A DNA stretch of 56,441 nt from Pseudomonadota bacterium (lineage in GTDB: Bacteria; Desulfobacterota; WTBG01; JAGOGO01). The notes under the pieces were generated by a model. The model was not told where the DNA came from. It saw only the letters and a program-made list of their open reading frames with translations, and did no database searches. How positions within the stretch are numbered: position 1 is the stretch's first letter; each line of letters opens with the position of its first letter. The position numbers were made by a program, and so were the translations under genes. Location: contig JAZDOO010000406.1 in assembly GCA_043798555.1 (NCBI GenBank), positions 1 through 56,441 of the forward strand, in the 5' to 3' direction. This document shows, in pieces, positions 53,845-56,441 of this stretch.

Positions 53845-55626
53845 ATGAAAGTAAAAGATATGATACAAACAAGGATAGATCCTTTAGATTTTGAGGTAAT
53901 TAGCTGTGGGTTGAGGTCTGTTACTGAACAAATGACAGCAACAATGGAGCGAACAGCCCGTTCCCCTGAACATTTTGCAGGGCGAGACTATTCTATAGGA
54001 ATATTCGATAATAAGGGAAATACGGCTGCGATCTTTGAAGGCAACCCTATCCATGTTTATGCAATCCCTTTTTCGGCCAGGTCAGTGATAAAATTCTTCG
54101 GGGATGATTTAAGACCTGGGGATCAAATCTGGACAAATGATCCCTACTTCATTACTGGTAGCTGTGGCAGTCACTTACAAGATTGTACTATGTTATGCCC
54201 GGTCTTCTATAAAGATGAACTAATATTTTGGGCGGCTAATAGAGCCCATCAGGCAGATGTGGGTGGGTCGGTTGCAGGCGGTTACAATCCATCGGCAACC
54301 GACATTTATACTGAGGGAGTCCGGTATTCGCCGGTTAAAATTATGGAAAATTACAAAATCAGAAAAGATGTCTTCCATCTTCTCCTCTCAAACATGAGGT
54401 TTGCATATAAACAGAGGGGAGATTTACTTGCCATGATGGGATCAAACAGAAAGGGAGAAGAGGGCATGCTCAAAGTTATTGAACGGTATGGCCCAGAAAC
54501 GATTAGGACGTACCTCGAAGATTTATATGATTATAGTGAAAAGTTATTGCGAATTGAAATAGAGAAGTTACCTGATGGAACGTATTATGGTGAAGCGAAA
54601 GGTGAAGGCGGCCCTCGCTGCCCGCTGTTTACTGTGCGTGCTAAAGTCACTATTAAGGGGAGTGATATAACCATTGATTTCAGTGAGTCAGACCCCCAGG
54701 CACCAAGCTACATTAACAGTCCCTACTGTAATACGGTGAGCGCCAGCTGGATTGCATTGCTCACCACAGTGGGGAAGAAAATCCGTTATCTATCACAAGG
54801 GATAGAACGACCGGTGAAGATTATCACCAAACGAGGTACAGTGGTTGACCCAGTGGCCCCTGCACCAGTGAGTGCATGTACAAATTTTGCTGCCAAGCAA
54901 GTACTCAGTTCTATTTGGGTTGCCCTCGCTCAGATCGCTCCAGAAATTACTCCGGGTGGGTGGGGGACGATACCTTTTGAAATAATTACTGGTACCGACC
55001 CGAAGAAAGACAATGCCCCTTACGGTTCAATCGACTTCTTGACGTGCGGAAGTGGAACCGGAGCGATATGGGGAGTAGATGGTTGGGCTACCGGTACCCC
55101 GGAGATATGTAGTGGGACCCTCCATTATCCTGATATAGAATATTATGAAGACTTTATGCCCAATCGCTGGGATGTCTGGGAGATAGAACAAGACTCAGGT
55201 GCACCTGGGAAGTGGCGGGGGGGATTAGCTATGAGGACAGTCATTACTAATATTGGTGGTGAGGGATGGATTCACTCCGGTGGTCAGGGCTTTAAAGAAG
55301 AAACGAAGCCGGTTCCGGTTATTGCCAAAGGGAAACAACCCGAGCCGGTTAAAAGGTGGATTAAAGAGCCTGACGGATCAATAACTGATGCAAATGACTG
55401 TATTAGTTATCCATGGCATCCTGGCGCGGAGATGACCGTTATTTGCCAAGGAGGGTGCGGAGTAGGAGACCCTTTTGAGAGAGATGTCAAAAAAGTAAGA
55501 AAAGATGTAATTGAAGAAAAAGTATCGATAGGAGCGGCGAAAAGAGATTATGGGGTGGTGATTGACCCGGACACCTCGGAAATAAATTATGAAGAAACTG
55601 AAAAGACCCGTTCTTCGAGAAGATAA
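53845..55626 (+). CDS. Hydantoinase B/oxoprolinase (HyuB)-family subunit (second module)
   Basis: 593 aa. Motifs are GDQIWTNDPYFITGSCGSHLQD and CQGGCGVGDPFERD. RBS GGGAGGAGG. Confidence 0.8.
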   Translation: MKVKDMIQTRIDPLDFEVISCGLRSVTEQMTATMERTARSPEHFAGRDYSIGIFDNKGNTAAIFEGNPIHVYAIPFSARSVIKFFGDDLRPGDQIWTNDPYFITGSCGSHLQDCTMLCPVFYKDELIFWAANRAHQADVGGSVAGGYNPSATDIYTEGVRYSPVKIMENYKIRKDVFHLLLSNMRFAYKQRGDLLAMMGSNRKGEEGMLKVIERYGPETIRTYLEDLYDYSEKLLRIEIEKLPDGTYYGEAKGEGGPRCPLFTVRAKVTIKGSDITIDFSESDPQAPSYINSPYCNTVSASWIALLTTVGKKIRYLSQGIERPVKIITKRGTVVDPVAPAPVSACTNFAAKQVLSSIWVALAQIAPEITPGGWGTIPFEIITGTDPKKDNAPYGSIDFLTCGSGTGAIWGVDGWATGTPEICSGTLHYPDIEYYEDFMPNRWDVWEIEQDSGAPGKWRGGLAMRTVITNIGGEGWIHSGGQGFKEETKPVPVIAKGKQPEPVKRWIKEPDGSITDANDCISYPWHPGAEMTVICQGGCGVGDPFERDVKKVRKDVIEEKVSIGAAKRDYGVVIDPDTSEINYEETEKTRSSRR

Positions 55627-55751
55627 AGGAATTTACTCATAAAATTTGTGTTCGTAGGTTAGTTAACTTATACCTCATATTATTCACATTATACACATTG
55701 AAGGAGTTATTTCCTTCTGTCAATCAATCGTTGAACGAGGGGAATTGTGCC

Positions 55752-56441
55752 ATGGCAACTAAAAGTAAGTATAAAAAACTATTCGAGCCAGGCTTAATAG
55801 GAAATTTAGAGGTTGCTAATCGTATTGTTAAATCTCCCTTGACTACCGGAATGGGCAATATCGATGGGACCTTAAATGAGCGAGTAATAAGACACTATAG
55901 GGAGATGGCCCGAGGAGGAGCTGGCCTGGTGGTAGTGGAGTCTTCCTGGGTCGATTTTCTCGGCAGCAAGCCGGGATGCCAAGGTATGCTTGGAGTTGCG
56001 GACAATCAACATATCCCTGGGTTAATGTGGCTAGCCCGGACGATCAAAGATAACGGGGCGAAAGCCGCCCTCCAGTTAGAACACGCCGGGAGGCAAAAAA
56101 TGTTGGGAAACCCACCTATAAAAGCACCATCCCGGGTGCCGTGGGAGGAAGCAAAGATGATGGGGTTTCCTGTTCCGGAAGAACTCACTTTCGAAGAGAT
56201 TGAAGGGGTCATAGAGGCATTCGGAGATGCGGCCCTTCGCACTCAAATGGCTGGCTTTGATCTGGTCGAGCTTCAGGGCGCCCACGGATATTTAATCACT
56301 AACTTTCTTTCTTCCCGGACGAACAAACGTACCGACTGGTACGGAGGTAGCTTAGAAAACCGGATGCGTTTTTTACTCGAAGTCATAGCCAATATTCGGA
56401 AAAAGGTCGGGTCGAATTACCCTTTAAGCGTAAGGTTAAGC
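55752..56441 (+). CDS. Old Yellow Enzyme / 2,4-dienoyl-CoA-reductase-type FMN oxidoreductase (5' part; runs off the right edge)
   Basis: Hand translation from the ATG at 55752 gives MATKSKYKKLFEPGLIGNLEVANRIVKSPLTTG...ALQLEHAGRQ...GFDLVELQGAHGYLITNFLSSRTNKRTDWYGGSLENRMRFLLEV. It stays in frame to the last base. It is absent from the ORF track because it has no stop. Confidence 0.8.
   Translation, partial: MATKSKYKKLFEPGLIGNLEVANRIVKSPLTTGMGNIDGTLNERVIRHYREMARGGAGLVVVESSWVDFLGSKPGCQGMLGVADNQHIPGLMWLARTIKDNGAKAALQLEHAGRQKMLGNPPIKAPSRVPWEEAKMMGFPVPEELTFEEIEGVIEAFGDAALRTQMAGFDLVELQGAHGYLITNFLSSRTNKRTDWYGGSLENRMRFLLEVIANIRKKVGSNYPLSVRLS

Noticed and set aside
1-56441. Scan for CRISPR arrays, tRNA/rRNA genes, prophage or defence-system genes
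   Set aside because: I found no regularly spaced direct repeats, no tRNA-like T-arm/acceptor signatures, and no nuclease, helicase or ATPase gene sets suggestive of defence systems. The content is metabolic, transport, regulatory and IS-derived.

Overview
Densely coding bacterial DNA with Shine-Dalgarno-led genes. I saw no rRNA, tRNA or CRISPR array. The window reads as a catabolic island built around ATP-dependent activation and carboxylation of unreactive substrates, a style typical of anaerobic aromatic or ketone degraders.

Layout:
(i) 1-7.8 kb: TsaC/YrdC fragment, GNAT, MFS transporter, fused [2Fe-2S]/MoCo aldehyde-oxidoreductase-type enzyme, VOC, RidA, CrtI-like flavoprotein.
(ii) 7.8-25.9 kb, all on the minus strand: a decayed relic plus an intact copy of an unusual Cys-rich ferredoxin-domain protein; a molybdopterin oxidoreductase broken by two 1-nt homopolymer frameshifts; two MBL-fold hydrolases; an orphan phenylphosphate-synthase-alpha-like protein; an intact paralogous molybdopterin enzyme; a PaaK-type CoA ligase; and a UbiD - HAD - unknown - PpsA-like - PpsB-like operon (phenylphosphate synthase/carboxylase-like).
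(iii) A divergent LysR regulator and a third molybdopterin paralogue.
(iv) A decayed IS630-family element with intact inverted repeats and a TA duplication, plus a second transposase relic.
(v) A four-gene envelope module: BNR/Ycf48-like lipoprotein, RND/MMPL-like transporter, DUF1302-like outer-membrane protein, DUF1329-like protein.
(vi) A 580-bp AT-rich regulatory hub, then a cytoplasmic dual-PAS histidine kinase and a NarL-type response regulator.
(vii) A plus-strand operon of more than 15 kb: a five-gene acetophenone-carboxylase-like set (HyuA, small Zn-ribbon subunit, HyuA, HyuB, URO-D-like), a class III aminotransferase, a second PaaK-type ligase, a second HyuA/HyuB pair, and an Old-Yellow-Enzyme-type reductase that runs off the right edge.

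The best candidates for undescribed biology are the composite hydantoinase/aminotransferase/ligase operon, the non-canonical phenylphosphate-type operon, the signal-less Cys-type Mo/W enzyme family with its Cys-rich partner, and the linked envelope module. All functional calls rest on motif recognition by eye. No database search was possible.
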